NCBI GenBank assembly: GCA_044348005.1
Contig: JBIKTR010000006.1
Location: 34,589 to 98,588 of the forward strand
Length of the DNA stretch: 64,000 nt
Direction: 5' to 3'
Source: Vampirovibrionales bacterium
GTDB taxonomy: Bacteria > Cyanobacteriota > Vampirovibrionia > Vampirovibrionales > JAJTHC01
Positions 28,337-38,372 of the stretch are shown in pieces. The notes beneath the pieces were generated by a model. That model was given only the letters and a program-made list of their open reading frames with translations. It had not been told where the DNA came from and searched no databases. The position numbers and the translations under genes are program-made. Positions within the stretch are counted from its first letter, which is position 1, and every line of letters starts with the position of its first letter.

Positions 28337-29935
28337 ATGACGCCTACTCCTTCAAATTTGAACGATCCCAGTCCAGATCCTCACGCCTGGTATGAACAAT
28401 ACCCCACGCTCAGTCGTGCTTTAAACTTTCTGAAACCCTTGCCTGATTATGTGCAAGAACTGGTGGGTAAAAAACTCTATACCTACGCAAAAGAACTGGC
28501 CTACGGCGATTATGAAGCCCCCGTCAGTGAAGAAGATTCTAGTGCGCAAGGGCTTAAACGCTTTCGGCAATTCATGCAGAATAAGGCCCATCATTCTATG
28601 GTGTCTCGTGGCTTAAATGAAGTCATGGGTTTAAATGAACAGGGGCGTTCACTGGTGGGGCAACGCCTTTTACTCTGTTTGCAAGCCTTAAATAACTTGG
28701 CGTCGCAATATCCCAGTGGGGACGACTTTACTTCAACCAAACAAAGTCGAATTGAAGTGCATACCTTAATCAATTTGGTGTTTGACAAAAACTTAAGCGA
28801 TTTTGAATTACAAGGCCAGCAACGAAAAGCCGAACGCAAAGCACTTTTAGAAGAAGAAAAACTGGCTGAAGCCATGCTTAACCAAGCGTTAGAACAAGTT
28901 GGGGAAATAGAAGATCCTTTTGTGCCTTATAACCCAGCGATTAAAGACGAAGCCTTACAACGCATGGAACTGGATCCTGAAATGACCCGCTTAGCGTCTT
29001 TGCAAGAAACAATCCCAACAACATTAACCCCAACCATTAAACGCATGGGTCGCTTCTTGGTGTTATGGCTCAGCCCCCCTGAAGAAGTTGAAGACAAAGT
29101 CGAAACAGAAACGGTACAAGACGTCCCCTTCAAATCGTTAGACGCCACAGCCCACAAGACTTCAGAAAATGTTTTACATGCCGAAGAAGAAAATAAAGAT
29201 TCAGAGGAACTTTCTGAATCTTTAGATCACACCACCGTTGAAACCGTTCATACTAAAAAAAGCAATTTTCAAGAAAGTGAAGAACCGATGAGTAAAGCCG
29301 TTTTCCGTGAAACCCCAGCCAAACCCCAGCTTCAAACGACTCAGGAAGAAGCCGTATTAGGACCTTTTGAGCTTTCTGAAGCAGAACGCCTTGCCTTGAT
29401 TGAAGAGGTGACCCATCCTTCTCAAACGGTTCAAGCCGAAGAAAAAGTCAATAACATTCTTTCGCTCCTTGATTCTGGGGTGGATGTTGATGCCATTCCT
29501 CAGGATGCTTCCCCAGAAGAAAAACTGGCGCGTGGCTTGGCCTTATTCAACAATTCAGATCCTCCCTTAATCAAGCCCAACCGTCGCGATTTGGCCTTAA
29601 CAGAAGCCGAAATCGATCTTTTAATTGCTCGTGTGGCAGAAGACCCCAAAGTGCGTGAGGCCAAAGAACAAGCCAAGCAAAAAGTGTTAGATGCCTTGGC
29701 CTTTATGAGCAACGTTGAAAAGCCTGTTCAAGAGAAAGTAGCCCTTGAAAAGCCTTACAAACCTCGTGCCAAGAAACCTTCGGTGGAAGCACCCCCAAAA
29801 AAGGCAGAAGACGTTGAGACTTTGGGCAAAGGGTTAACGAATTCATCGACTGAAGCAATGCCTACCACTGTAAGTAAACGTACTGGCAAAACCACGACGG
29901 TTCGCAAGAAGACCCTAGATATTCCCAAAGAATAG
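28337..29935 (+). CDS. Hypothetical protein with acidic/low-complexity C-terminal half
   Basis: 532-aa ORF; helical N-terminal region, E/K/P-rich tail. Confidence 0.75.
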   Translation: MTPTPSNLNDPSPDPHAWYEQYPTLSRALNFLKPLPDYVQELVGKKLYTYAKELAYGDYEAPVSEEDSSAQGLKRFRQFMQNKAHHSMVSRGLNEVMGLNEQGRSLVGQRLLLCLQALNNLASQYPSGDDFTSTKQSRIEVHTLINLVFDKNLSDFELQGQQRKAERKALLEEEKLAEAMLNQALEQVGEIEDPFVPYNPAIKDEALQRMELDPEMTRLASLQETIPTTLTPTIKRMGRFLVLWLSPPEEVEDKVETETVQDVPFKSLDATAHKTSENVLHAEEENKDSEELSESLDHTTVETVHTKKSNFQESEEPMSKAVFRETPAKPQLQTTQEEAVLGPFELSEAERLALIEEVTHPSQTVQAEEKVNNILSLLDSGVDVDAIPQDASPEEKLARGLALFNNSDPPLIKPNRRDLALTEAEIDLLIARVAEDPKVREAKEQAKQKVLDALAFMSNVEKPVQEKVALEKPYKPRAKKPSVEAPPKKAEDVETLGKGLTNSSTEAMPTTVSKRTGKTTTVRKKTLDIPKE

Positions 29936-29950
29936 ATTGCAAGTGGGAAT

Positions 29951-32392
29951 CTAGCCCGAAGCCAGTAGTTTGACCGCTTCGCTTGAGTCTTGGCGCAGTC
30001 TTTCCCACAACAGGGGGTAGCCTTCTTCAAGTCCTTGCACGCCCAAGCGTTCTACCCATTCAAACGCGCTTTCACGCGCCTGCACCAACAAGTCGTAATC
30101 GTTCACCAAGTGGGCAAATTGCAGTTCAGGCAACCCACTTTGACGCAACCCCACATAATCACCGGGGCCTCGAATAGCCAAATCATGTTCCGCAATCACA
30201 AAGCCGTTACTGGTTTCTTCCATAATTTCAAGGCGCTTAGTGGTTTCTTCATTCTTTTGTTGCGCAATTAACACACAGTAACTTTGATGTTCCGCACGAC
30301 CCACTCGCCCCCGTAATTGATGCAATTGAGCCAGTCCAAAACGTTCCGCATTTTCAATCAGCATCACACTGGCGTTCGGCACGTTCACGCCGACTTCCAC
30401 CACCGTGGTAGACACTAAAATATCAAGCTCGCCTTGTACAAAGGCGTGCATAATGGCATCCTTTTCTTCAGACTTTAGCTTGCCGTGCATGAGTCCCACA
30501 CGCCGATGCTGAAAGACTTCAGTTCGCAGGCGTTCATATTCAGCGGAAGCGGCTTTCGCACTCAAGCTTTCGCTTTCATCAATTAAGGGAAACACAATAT
30601 ACGCTTGACGCCCATACAGCAACTGCGTTTCAATCAACGCATAAGCGTCTTGACGTTGGCTGTTGGAAAGTAAACGTGTCACAATCGGCGAACGCCCAGG
30701 GGGGAGTTCGTCTAACACACTAACATCTAAATCACCGTGTACCGTCATGGCCAGCGTTCGAGGAATAGGCGTTGCCGTCATTGAAAGCAGTTCAGGCATT
30801 TGATCATTTACCCCTTTGTTACGAAGGGCAAGGCGTTGTTTGACGCCAAATCGATGCTGTTCATCAACGACGACAACGCCCAAACGATGAAACTCGACGC
30901 TTTTTTGAATGAGGGCATGCGTTCCCACCACTAAGTGAATCTGCCCATTGGCGAGCGATTGCAAGACTTCTCGCTTGGCTTTCGCGCCTAATTTGCCCAC
31001 CAGCAAAGCCGTTTTAATCCCCAAGGGAGCCAGCATTTCGACGCATCCTTGATAGTGCTGTTCCGCCAAAATCTCCGTGGGTGCCATAAACGCCCCTTGA
31101 AAGCCATTTTCAATCGCCACCAGAAGGGTTAGAAGGGCCACAACCGTTTTACCACTGCCTACATCTCCATGCAAGAGCCGGTTCATCGGTAAGGGAGACG
31201 ACAAATCATCACAGACTTCTTGAAACGATCGGGCTTGTGCCTTGGTGAGCTGATACGGCAGGCTTTCAAGGAACTGATGCACCAAGCCATGAGTTTGAAC
31301 GGCAATGCTTTGCCCGTGAACGTCGTGCTTATAGGTGTGACGCATGAGCGCTAAACGCAGTTGAAGCATAAACAATTCTTCAAAACCAAAGCGATGCTTG
31401 GCTTTTTCGGCGATCGCTAGATTCATGGGAAAATGTAGGCTGTGAAAGGCTTCATGCACGCCCATGAGCTGGTGTTCTTGGCGGAGAGCTTCTGGTAAAG
31501 CATCGGGGATTTCGGCACTGAAGGCGTCAAGAGCATTTTGAATGCATCGACGCAGGCTTTTTAGGTTCAAGCCCTGCGTCAACGGATACACAGGCAAAAC
31601 AGTCGTCGCACCATGCCCGAGCATCGGGGCTTCGTCGCCGTCTTCATAGCTGAGGGTTTGTATTTCGGCGTTGTCGAGCTGGGGGCAGTGGTTGAAGCTG
31701 TCCCACTTGACTTTCCCGCTAATTAAAACTTCCGTGCCTTTGGGGAACTTGGCTTTGACACTTTCCAACATGGCGCGTTGGCGAGTGCTGAAAAAGCGTT
31801 GTGAGCTGGCTTTACCGCTGTCGTCTTGAAATAAAAACCGCAACACGCTCAATTTTCCGCTCTTTAAATCGTGCGACTCCACTCGCTTAATGGTGGCAAT
31901 CAAACTCACGTATTCGCCTTCCATGACATCCGCCAATTTTTTGCGTTGCTGGTAGTCAATGTACTGACGCGGGGCGTATCGCAACACATCTTCCACGGTG
32001 GACAGCCCCAAGCTTCGGAGCATGCCTTCTAATTTCGGACCAATGCCCTTAATTTTCGCCAACGGCTGCTGCCCAGCAGGAAGGCTTTCATCGTCAACAG
32101 GTGCCTTTTTTTTCTTCGGGGGCTGAAGCATGGCGTGGCAAAAGGCTTCAAGGGCATCAACAGCGTGCATCCGCAGGGGGAGATCCATCATGTCGTAGCG
32201 TTGAAACTGCATCAGCAGTTTTGGGATGGCGTCTTCGTCGAGGACGTGTTTAATCACGAGCTTGAGTTGTAGGCGTACAAAGGCGTCAAAGCGACGTTCT
32301 TTGCCTTGAACGTTGATGAATCGATGCTTTTTTTCAACATCGATGCCTTTGAGCAGGGTTTCAAACACAGCGTGAACTTCAGGGCTTAACAT
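29951..32392 (-). CDS. recG: ATP-dependent DNA helicase RecG
   Basis: GDVGSGKT, MAPTEILAEQH, DEQHRFG, MTATPIPRTL, QLRGRVGR, DLAIRGPG. Confidence 0.96.
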   Translation of the reverse strand: MLSPEVHAVFETLLKGIDVEKKHRFINVQGKERRFDAFVRLQLKLVIKHVLDEDAIPKLLMQFQRYDMMDLPLRMHAVDALEAFCHAMLQPPKKKKAPVDDESLPAGQQPLAKIKGIGPKLEGMLRSLGLSTVEDVLRYAPRQYIDYQQRKKLADVMEGEYVSLIATIKRVESHDLKSGKLSVLRFLFQDDSGKASSQRFFSTRQRAMLESVKAKFPKGTEVLISGKVKWDSFNHCPQLDNAEIQTLSYEDGDEAPMLGHGATTVLPVYPLTQGLNLKSLRRCIQNALDAFSAEIPDALPEALRQEHQLMGVHEAFHSLHFPMNLAIAEKAKHRFGFEELFMLQLRLALMRHTYKHDVHGQSIAVQTHGLVHQFLESLPYQLTKAQARSFQEVCDDLSSPLPMNRLLHGDVGSGKTVVALLTLLVAIENGFQGAFMAPTEILAEQHYQGCVEMLAPLGIKTALLVGKLGAKAKREVLQSLANGQIHLVVGTHALIQKSVEFHRLGVVVVDEQHRFGVKQRLALRNKGVNDQMPELLSMTATPIPRTLAMTVHGDLDVSVLDELPPGRSPIVTRLLSNSQRQDAYALIETQLLYGRQAYIVFPLIDESESLSAKAASAEYERLRTEVFQHRRVGLMHGKLKSEEKDAIMHAFVQGELDILVSTTVVEVGVNVPNASVMLIENAERFGLAQLHQLRGRVGRAEHQSYCVLIAQQKNEETTKRLEIMEETSNGFVIAEHDLAIRGPGDYVGLRQSGLPELQFAHLVNDYDLLVQARESAFEWVERLGVQGLEEGYPLLWERLRQDSSEAVKLLASG

Positions 32393-33462
32393 AGGGAATA
32401 TTGAGTTTTTTTGACACGAATCTGTAAGTTTAACTTGAGATAAGCTTGATTATTTTCTTCATACAAAGAACCAAACCCATGACGACGATTACTTGCCGTA
32501 TCTAAAAAAGCATGCTCAATTAAATATCGTTTGAAATAGTAAACGTACTCCTTTTTCAGGAAGTAAAACGTTTTAATATCCCCCGATTCTTGAACAACTA
32601 AACAACCTCCATCTACATCATGTCGCCCTTCCCACGGCGTCTTTGGCATCAGTCCCACAGATGAATAAAATAAAAAATCCATAATCTTGTCTTTATAGAG
32701 TTCGGTATTTTTTAAGTTCAAAGGATTCTTTTCTTTTAAGACATCCACCAATTCTTTTAGATGACACGAATGTTCGGTATAATAAAGCTTTAAAAGTTCC
32801 GCAAGAATCAGAGGCAAGTGAAGGTCTATTTTCATTAAATTGTTTTCATAAATGAGACTATCCATATGATCAAAAACAAATTTTATCTCATTATCATTCA
32901 AAGCACGGCACAACTTTTTAGATTTTAAGACTTGAAATGTTTTTTTGCTTTTTTCTTTGAAGGTAAGCTTAAATGTAAAGTTCGTCGTTTTGCTTGCATT
33001 AACTAAAGTAGGACTCGATCCTAAAAAAGATTTCACACTAAATCCATAGTATTGTGGAGATTTCGTTAAGGGGTCCAACACCTTAAAAACAAGATCTACC
33101 TTGTCTTTCACATTTGCTTTTAATGAAACACAGTTCAACTGATTAAAAAAGTTTTCTACTGCAATAACACTAAAGGTTCTTTTCTTGTTCGCTTTAATGG
33201 CATTTAACGTTAAAGAACTTAATTCTTCAATACGGGCATAATCAAATTTATACTGTATTGTGTTGTTTTCAAAACTTACAGATGTATCTAATAAATCAAA
33301 TCTCAAATCTTGAAAAGCCTCTATTTTGGGTAATCCTCCATATAAAGGGAAGGTGTCACCTGTCAGCATTAAACTTTCATTAACTCCCAATAACTGACGT
33401 TCATACATGAGCCTAAGTAAGCAATACAATTCAGACCATTCCCCTTTATTAAAGCTTAGCAT
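32386..33462 (-). CDS. HpaII-family type II restriction endonuclease
   Basis: NKGEWSELY, GFSVKSFLGSSPTLVNASKTTNF, LKLNLQIR; paired with a C5 MTase. Confidence 0.8.
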   Translation of the reverse strand: MLSFNKGEWSELYCLLRLMYERQLLGVNESLMLTGDTFPLYGGLPKIEAFQDLRFDLLDTSVSFENNTIQYKFDYARIEELSSLTLNAIKANKKRTFSVIAVENFFNQLNCVSLKANVKDKVDLVFKVLDPLTKSPQYYGFSVKSFLGSSPTLVNASKTTNFTFKLTFKEKSKKTFQVLKSKKLCRALNDNEIKFVFDHMDSLIYENNLMKIDLHLPLILAELLKLYYTEHSCHLKELVDVLKEKNPLNLKNTELYKDKIMDFLFYSSVGLMPKTPWEGRHDVDGGCLVVQESGDIKTFYFLKKEYVYYFKRYLIEHAFLDTASNRRHGFGSLYEENNQAYLKLNLQIRVKKTQYSLC

Positions 33463-34403
33463 GCGATTCTATCCTCTTTACTATAATCGAGGTGGAGTTG
33501 ACCTTTTTCGTCTTGCAAAATAAACTCGTTTGGTTTTTCCAAAATAGAAAGATGTTCTTTTATTTTAAACGCCACGGCCTGAATGGCATCAACGGCGACA
33601 CTATTACCTAACTGTTTCATGGCTTGTGTTTCAGACACAGGAAAACGGTAAGCGTCAGGGTAGCCCATCATTTGCTTGCCTTCGGAGACACCGATGCGTT
33701 TGATTTCATCATCAACGTAATAAAACTCCCAATTTCGCCTATCGTCAATTTTAGAACCTCGTCCGCCTACTCTCAAAGTAAAACCGATGTCTTTTGGGCA
33801 ATTGCCCTTTAAAATATCTGACATGGTATATTTTAAAGGCGTTTTGGGAGGAAAGAAAAAAGGAGGTAGTTTTAAGGATTTATCAAACGCCACCATATAA
33901 ACCCTTGGTCGATGTTGAGGCAATCCATAATCAGACGCTCTTACGACTTTATAATAAAAGTCATAGCCCAGCGTTTCTTCAAGGGTATTTTGAATAATCT
34001 CAAAGGTTTTTCCGTCATCATGCTTTAGTAAATGTAAGACATTTTCTAAAAAAACCGCTTTCGGACGTTTGGCTTCAATAATTTGACAGATATTAAAAAA
34101 CATGTTGCCCCGTGAGTCTTTTTCTTCTTGAAAGCCGCGTTTATAGCCAGCTTGACTAAACGGTTGACAGGGAAAGCCTGCACACAGCACGTCAAAATCA
34201 GGGATGCTCGTGTAGTCGACTTCCGTAATATCCCCAGCGAAACAGCCGTCTTCAAACAAAGTGGGTGAAATGGATTTTAAATTGGCTTCATACGTTTGGC
34301 GAGCATGGGTGTCTATTTCAGACGCAAACACACAATCGGCTCCCACCTGATGAAAAGCCAAGTGAAAGCCCCCAATGCCTGCAAATAAATCGATAAACTT
34401 CAT
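33456..34403 (-). CDS. DNA (cytosine-5)-methyltransferase
   Basis: DLFAGIGG, GFPCQPFS, ENV, PQHRPRVY, KQLGNSV. Confidence 0.95.
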   Translation of the reverse strand: MKFIDLFAGIGGFHLAFHQVGADCVFASEIDTHARQTYEANLKSISPTLFEDGCFAGDITEVDYTSIPDFDVLCAGFPCQPFSQAGYKRGFQEEKDSRGNMFFNICQIIEAKRPKAVFLENVLHLLKHDDGKTFEIIQNTLEETLGYDFYYKVVRASDYGLPQHRPRVYMVAFDKSLKLPPFFFPPKTPLKYTMSDILKGNCPKDIGFTLRVGGRGSKIDDRRNWEFYYVDDEIKRIGVSEGKQMMGYPDAYRFPVSETQAMKQLGNSVAVDAIQAVAFKIKEHLSILEKPNEFILQDEKGQLHLDYSKEDRIAC

Positions 34404-34505
34404 GATGATCTCCTCTTTACATTATCGCAAAAAGGAGGCAAAAGAACAAGAGCCACCCGGGGGCACATTGCTAAAAGCAAGAGGTGAGGTGGCTACGATT
34501 TTTAC

Positions 34506-34534
34506 ATTATCACTCTCTTTAGTCATTTTGTCAA
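34506..34534 (-). promoter_or_regulatory. Sigma70 promoter for the RM operon
   Basis: TTGACA-N17-GATAAT on the minus strand. Confidence 0.6.
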
Positions 34535-34582
34535 GCCCTTTGCACTCAATGAAGGAGCCGTACCCTTTTTAAGCTTCACCCC

Positions 34583-35404
34583 CTAGCGTTCGGCAGGCAC
34601 ATAATCAGGCAAAGGGCGGCGAGCAGGAATCTTGTCAATCAACTTAAACAACAACGTCTTCACATTTACCACATTCTGATTGAAAAACGCCATCACTTCC
34701 CCATGGCTCACAGGGGGGATGCCGTCCACACCCGCATCATAGTCGGTAATCAACGCAATGCCAATGGGGTAAAGGTTCAATTCTTTCACCAAGTGGACTT
34801 CAGGGTACTGCGTCATGGTAATCACTTCCCACCCTTGATTGCGAAACCACTTACTTTCGGCCTTCGTTGAAAAACGAGGCCCTTGAATGACCACAACCGT
34901 ACCTGTTTCATGCACCGTTAAACCCGCTTCTTTACCTGCTTCAATCGCCCACTGACGACCCTCTTCATCATAGGGATCCGCCGCTGAAACGTGGGTGATG
35001 ATGCTTCCTTCATAAAAGGTATCGCCACGACTATGGGTTCGATCCACATATTGATCGCAAATCACCACATGCCCAAGAGCCACTTCTTTCTGAAGGCTCC
35101 CTGCCGCACAGGGAGAAATCACCGTATGCACGCCCAAGCTTTTCATCGCCCACACATTGGCTTTGTAGTTAATACGATGCGGGGCAAGAGTATGGTTCTT
35201 CCCGTGCCTAGGCAAAAAGGCGACTCGTTTGCCGTTTACCACACCAAGCGTAATTGCATCGCTTGGGGAACCGAAGGGCGTTTCTATGCGGATAGTTTGG
35301 GTGTCTTCCAAAAATTGATAGAACCCTGAACCGCCAAAAACGCCAATGTCTGCAAGGGCATGTTCTTCTGTATGAAAGGAAAACGGCGAAGGCAGTTGAG
35401 GCAT
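34583..35404 (-). CDS. mtnP: S-methyl-5'-thioadenosine phosphorylase
   Basis: IGVFGGSGFY, FLPRHG, QGPRFSTKAES, MTQYPE, ITDYD. Confidence 0.9.
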   Translation of the reverse strand: MPQLPSPFSFHTEEHALADIGVFGGSGFYQFLEDTQTIRIETPFGSPSDAITLGVVNGKRVAFLPRHGKNHTLAPHRINYKANVWAMKSLGVHTVISPCAAGSLQKEVALGHVVICDQYVDRTHSRGDTFYEGSIITHVSAADPYDEEGRQWAIEAGKEAGLTVHETGTVVVIQGPRFSTKAESKWFRNQGWEVITMTQYPEVHLVKELNLYPIGIALITDYDAGVDGIPPVSHGEVMAFFNQNVVNVKTLLFKLIDKIPARRPLPDYVPAER

Positions 35405-35532
35405 AATAAAGCATCCTTTACATGAATTGATTCACGTTTATCATCTATTAAACCTTATTACACTAACGTAAACATGCTTTAGAAACAAGATTTCATTTCA
35501 GATTTTGTCAAGTTGTCAGTTGAAAAGTAAGT

Positions 35533-36309
35533 CTACTTGCCCGATTCTGCATCTAGTTCCTTCGCCACTTCGGGGTAATAGACTTTTAATTTTTCTTGAA
35601 TAAAGTTCGGGCTTTCCCCCGCTTGAATGGCCATAACCCCTTCAATCATCATGGTTCGCTCATGAATAATGTGCTTGACCTTAAATTTCACGTTACTGCT
35701 TAAGGGAATAAAGAGCAAGTTGGCAAAGGCCACCCCATACACCGTGGCCACAAAGGCAACCGCAATACCAGAACCTAACTTTGACGGATCGTTTAGGTTT
35801 TCCATCACGTGAATCAACCCCAATACGGCGCCAATAATCCCAACGGTTGGGGTAAACCCCCCTGCAGTTTCCCAGATTTTAGCAGCCGCGCCCATGCTTT
35901 CTTCATAAACGGTGAGTTCCGTTTCCATAATATCCCGAAGTAATTGAGCATCGGTGCCGTCGGTCATCATTTCCATGCCCTTTTTTAAGAAAGGGTCTTT
36001 AATTTGAGCAATATCGCCTTGCAAGGCCAAAATCCCTTCTTTACGGGCTCTGGTGGCGAGGTTAATGACGAGTTTAATCGTTGCCTTGGGATCTTGATGA
36101 TGCCCCAGAAAAATGAGTCCAAGCGTGCCTACCCCATTTTTGAGTTCTTCTGGGGTGAAAGAAAGCACGGTGGCTCCAATGGAACCGCCGACCACAATAA
36201 TAAACGCGGTGGGTTGAACCAACGCCATCACAGAACCCCCTTCAAGGACTTGCCCCCCAATGACGGCGATAAATCCTAGTAAGAGTCCACCAATTGCAAA
36301 AATATCCAT
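35533..36309 (-). CDS. motA: Flagellar motor stator MotA-family protein
   Basis: ARKEGILAL, PTVGIIGAVLGLI, AFVATVYGV..ANL..IP. Confidence 0.88.
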   Translation of the reverse strand: MDIFAIGGLLLGFIAVIGGQVLEGGSVMALVQPTAFIIVVGGSIGATVLSFTPEELKNGVGTLGLIFLGHHQDPKATIKLVINLATRARKEGILALQGDIAQIKDPFLKKGMEMMTDGTDAQLLRDIMETELTVYEESMGAAAKIWETAGGFTPTVGIIGAVLGLIHVMENLNDPSKLGSGIAVAFVATVYGVAFANLLFIPLSSNVKFKVKHIIHERTMMIEGVMAIQAGESPNFIQEKLKVYYPEVAKELDAESGK

Positions 36310-36840
36310 AGGGTCTAGGTTCTCTTTTTTGGAACGATACTCTACCCTAGTGTGACAGATGCATCGCTTGTTGCGCAATTTTTTGTTGAAAATTACATTA
36401 TTGAAGTGATTTAATCATTACAAAAACAATCATTTATAACGGATACGATAAAGCCGTTAATGTTTTGTTAAGCTTTGTAACAGACGAGCAATACTTCCGA
36501 TTATGAAGACTTTATTAAAGTGAAGACACTCACCACCCCGAGCTTCTTCAACCCTTCCACCTTCGATTCTTTCCCCATCTTTCCCAACTATTCCCAACCC
36601 TAATTTACGAACCTATCGTTCCCCCTTTGTTCTTTTTTCCAGTTCAGAAACCACCTAGATTTTATGTAAACATTTCGCTCTAGGTACGCCACCTAAACCA
36701 TTGTGTTTTACATTTTGTACAGACCTTCCACCGCCGAAGGCTCTGTACCCTCGTTCAGAATCCACAACTCGCTTTAACCCGCTTTAACCCGCTTTTAAAC
36801 ACTCCCCGAAGCCCGCCTGCTTCACCCATGTTTAACATTT

Positions 36841-36862
36841 TCTCTCTCTCTCTCTCTCTCTC
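36841..36862. repeat. (TC)n dinucleotide microsatellite, about 11 units
   Basis: tctctctctctctctctctctc in the intergenic region. Confidence 0.85.
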
Positions 36863-36985
36863 CTCTATATGCCTATGTCCCCCTGTAATGAGCTTTTCAT
36901 TACAGGCTTTTTATTGGAAGGAAAATGACATTACCCCCCCTTCTCAAGAAAAGAGAAGAGAGGGGGTAAAGGTAAGTATAAAAGA

Positions 36986-37429
36986 CTAAATGCTCACCGC
37001 TGAAGGAATGGCTTCGGTCGCCCCTTCCACGAGCTTGTCAGAAATATAGCGCGGGAATTGGCGGCCTCGTTCAGACATAAAACGCTCATAGCTTTTCACA
37101 CCAAAGGTTTTAATCACATGCTGTTCCACAAAGTCCACATCAAAGGGTTTACAGCTAAAAATATCGAAGAAAAAGTAGTCTTTTTCCACAAAAGAATGAA
37201 ACGTCAAATGCGATTCCGCAATAATTACCACACCCGTAATGCCTTTATCTTCAGGGACTAAGCCACTATACGGAAATACATAGGGCGGGATGATTTTCGT
37301 CATGCCAATCAATTCGGGCAGGTCATCCAAAAAGGAATGCACCAACGCTAAGTCGGAAATTTTGTCTCGGTCGCATTCACGACAGTCTAACATTAAGTGA
37401 GGCCCAAAGCCTTGTTCTATAATTGCCAT
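36986..37429 (-). CDS. speD: Pyruvoyl-dependent decarboxylase proenzyme, AdoMetDC family (copy 2)
   Basis: FGPHLMLD, GITGVVIIAESHLTFHSF, DIFSCKPFD. Confidence 0.8.
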   Translation of the reverse strand: MAIIEQGFGPHLMLDCRECDRDKISDLALVHSFLDDLPELIGMTKIIPPYVFPYSGLVPEDKGITGVVIIAESHLTFHSFVEKDYFFFDIFSCKPFDVDFVEQHVIKTFGVKSYERFMSERGRQFPRYISDKLVEGATEAIPSAVSI

Positions 37430-37491
37430 AGTAAAACCCTTTATACAGTTTACTTCAAGTACTTCAAGTGATTTTGAGGTATCAGCCAAGC

Positions 37492-38085
37492 CTAAGCCCT
37501 GCTGGATGCCGTGCCTTCTTTGGCTGAACGCAACGTCGACAAAGGCGTGGCGTTGTCAAAATCAATTTGACGCATCGTAGGGCTACCCACTTGGCGCGCG
37601 GGGTGACGCATCATTTTACCCGTGGCAGGGTTCATCAACCCACGCGCAAACTCAAGGTAATTGGATTCACTTGCCTTGAATTTGTCTTGCAAATAATTAA
37701 AGGCAAGCGCAGGGTCACATTGATCCCCACAGGTGTACAAGTCTACAGAAGCATAGCCGTATTCAGGCCAGGTATGAATCGTGAGATGAGATTCAGCGAT
37801 GACAATCACACCACTGACTCCATAGGGATTGAAATGATGAAAACAACTTTGAACGATGGTGGCTCCACACGCAATAGCGGCTTCGCTCATGAGCTGTTCA
37901 ACCAAGGCATTGTTATTCAACACGTTGGGGGTGCAATCAAAGAATTCAGCAAGCAGGTGGCGTCCTAAATTCGGGGCAGGTTTGGCGAAATGCTGTTCAG
38001 TGGTTGGATTTACTGAAGCGTCAAACGCGTGGAGTGGGGGGGGTTGTAAACTTTCTTGCAGTTCTAAAGATGTGTTCAATTCCAA
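37492..38085 (-). CDS. speD: S-adenosylmethionine decarboxylase proenzyme (copy 1)
   Basis: LGRHLLAEF, FNPYGVSGVIVIAESHLTIHTWPEYGYASVDLYTCG. Confidence 0.88.
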   Translation of the reverse strand: MELNTSLELQESLQPPPLHAFDASVNPTTEQHFAKPAPNLGRHLLAEFFDCTPNVLNNNALVEQLMSEAAIACGATIVQSCFHHFNPYGVSGVIVIAESHLTIHTWPEYGYASVDLYTCGDQCDPALAFNYLQDKFKASESNYLEFARGLMNPATGKMMRHPARQVGSPTMRQIDFDNATPLSTLRSAKEGTASSRA

Positions 38086-38372
38086 TTTCCCTTTTCTAGT
38101 TTATTACAGTAACGCTAAGTGAATAAGGCATGAAAACTCATACAATTTCCTTAATTTTGAAAGCGAAACGCTTTCTTACAGGTGTAACAGTGTCGGGTTT
38201 TAAGTGACTGACGCACTTTCGGCAAGACGACGTCTAAAGTTTAGGAGTCTTCTTGAAAAAAATTAAACTTGTAACATAATACGGAACTAAAAATGCAAAC
38301 GCAAGCTTTTTCATGAAGATTCATCCAAATTTTTGACCTCATGTGTGAATCCATGAACGCTGTTTTGACTCC

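Noticed and set aside
10353-31417. Cyanobacterial HIP1 (GCGATCGC) enrichment
   Set aside because: Only a couple of copies were noticed (about 10353 and 31410), which is consistent with chance.
38216-38243. Sigma28 promoter upstream of the speD pair
   Set aside because: The -10 (GCCGAAAG) is good, but the -35 (TAAACTTT) needs a 12-nt spacer; too weak to call.
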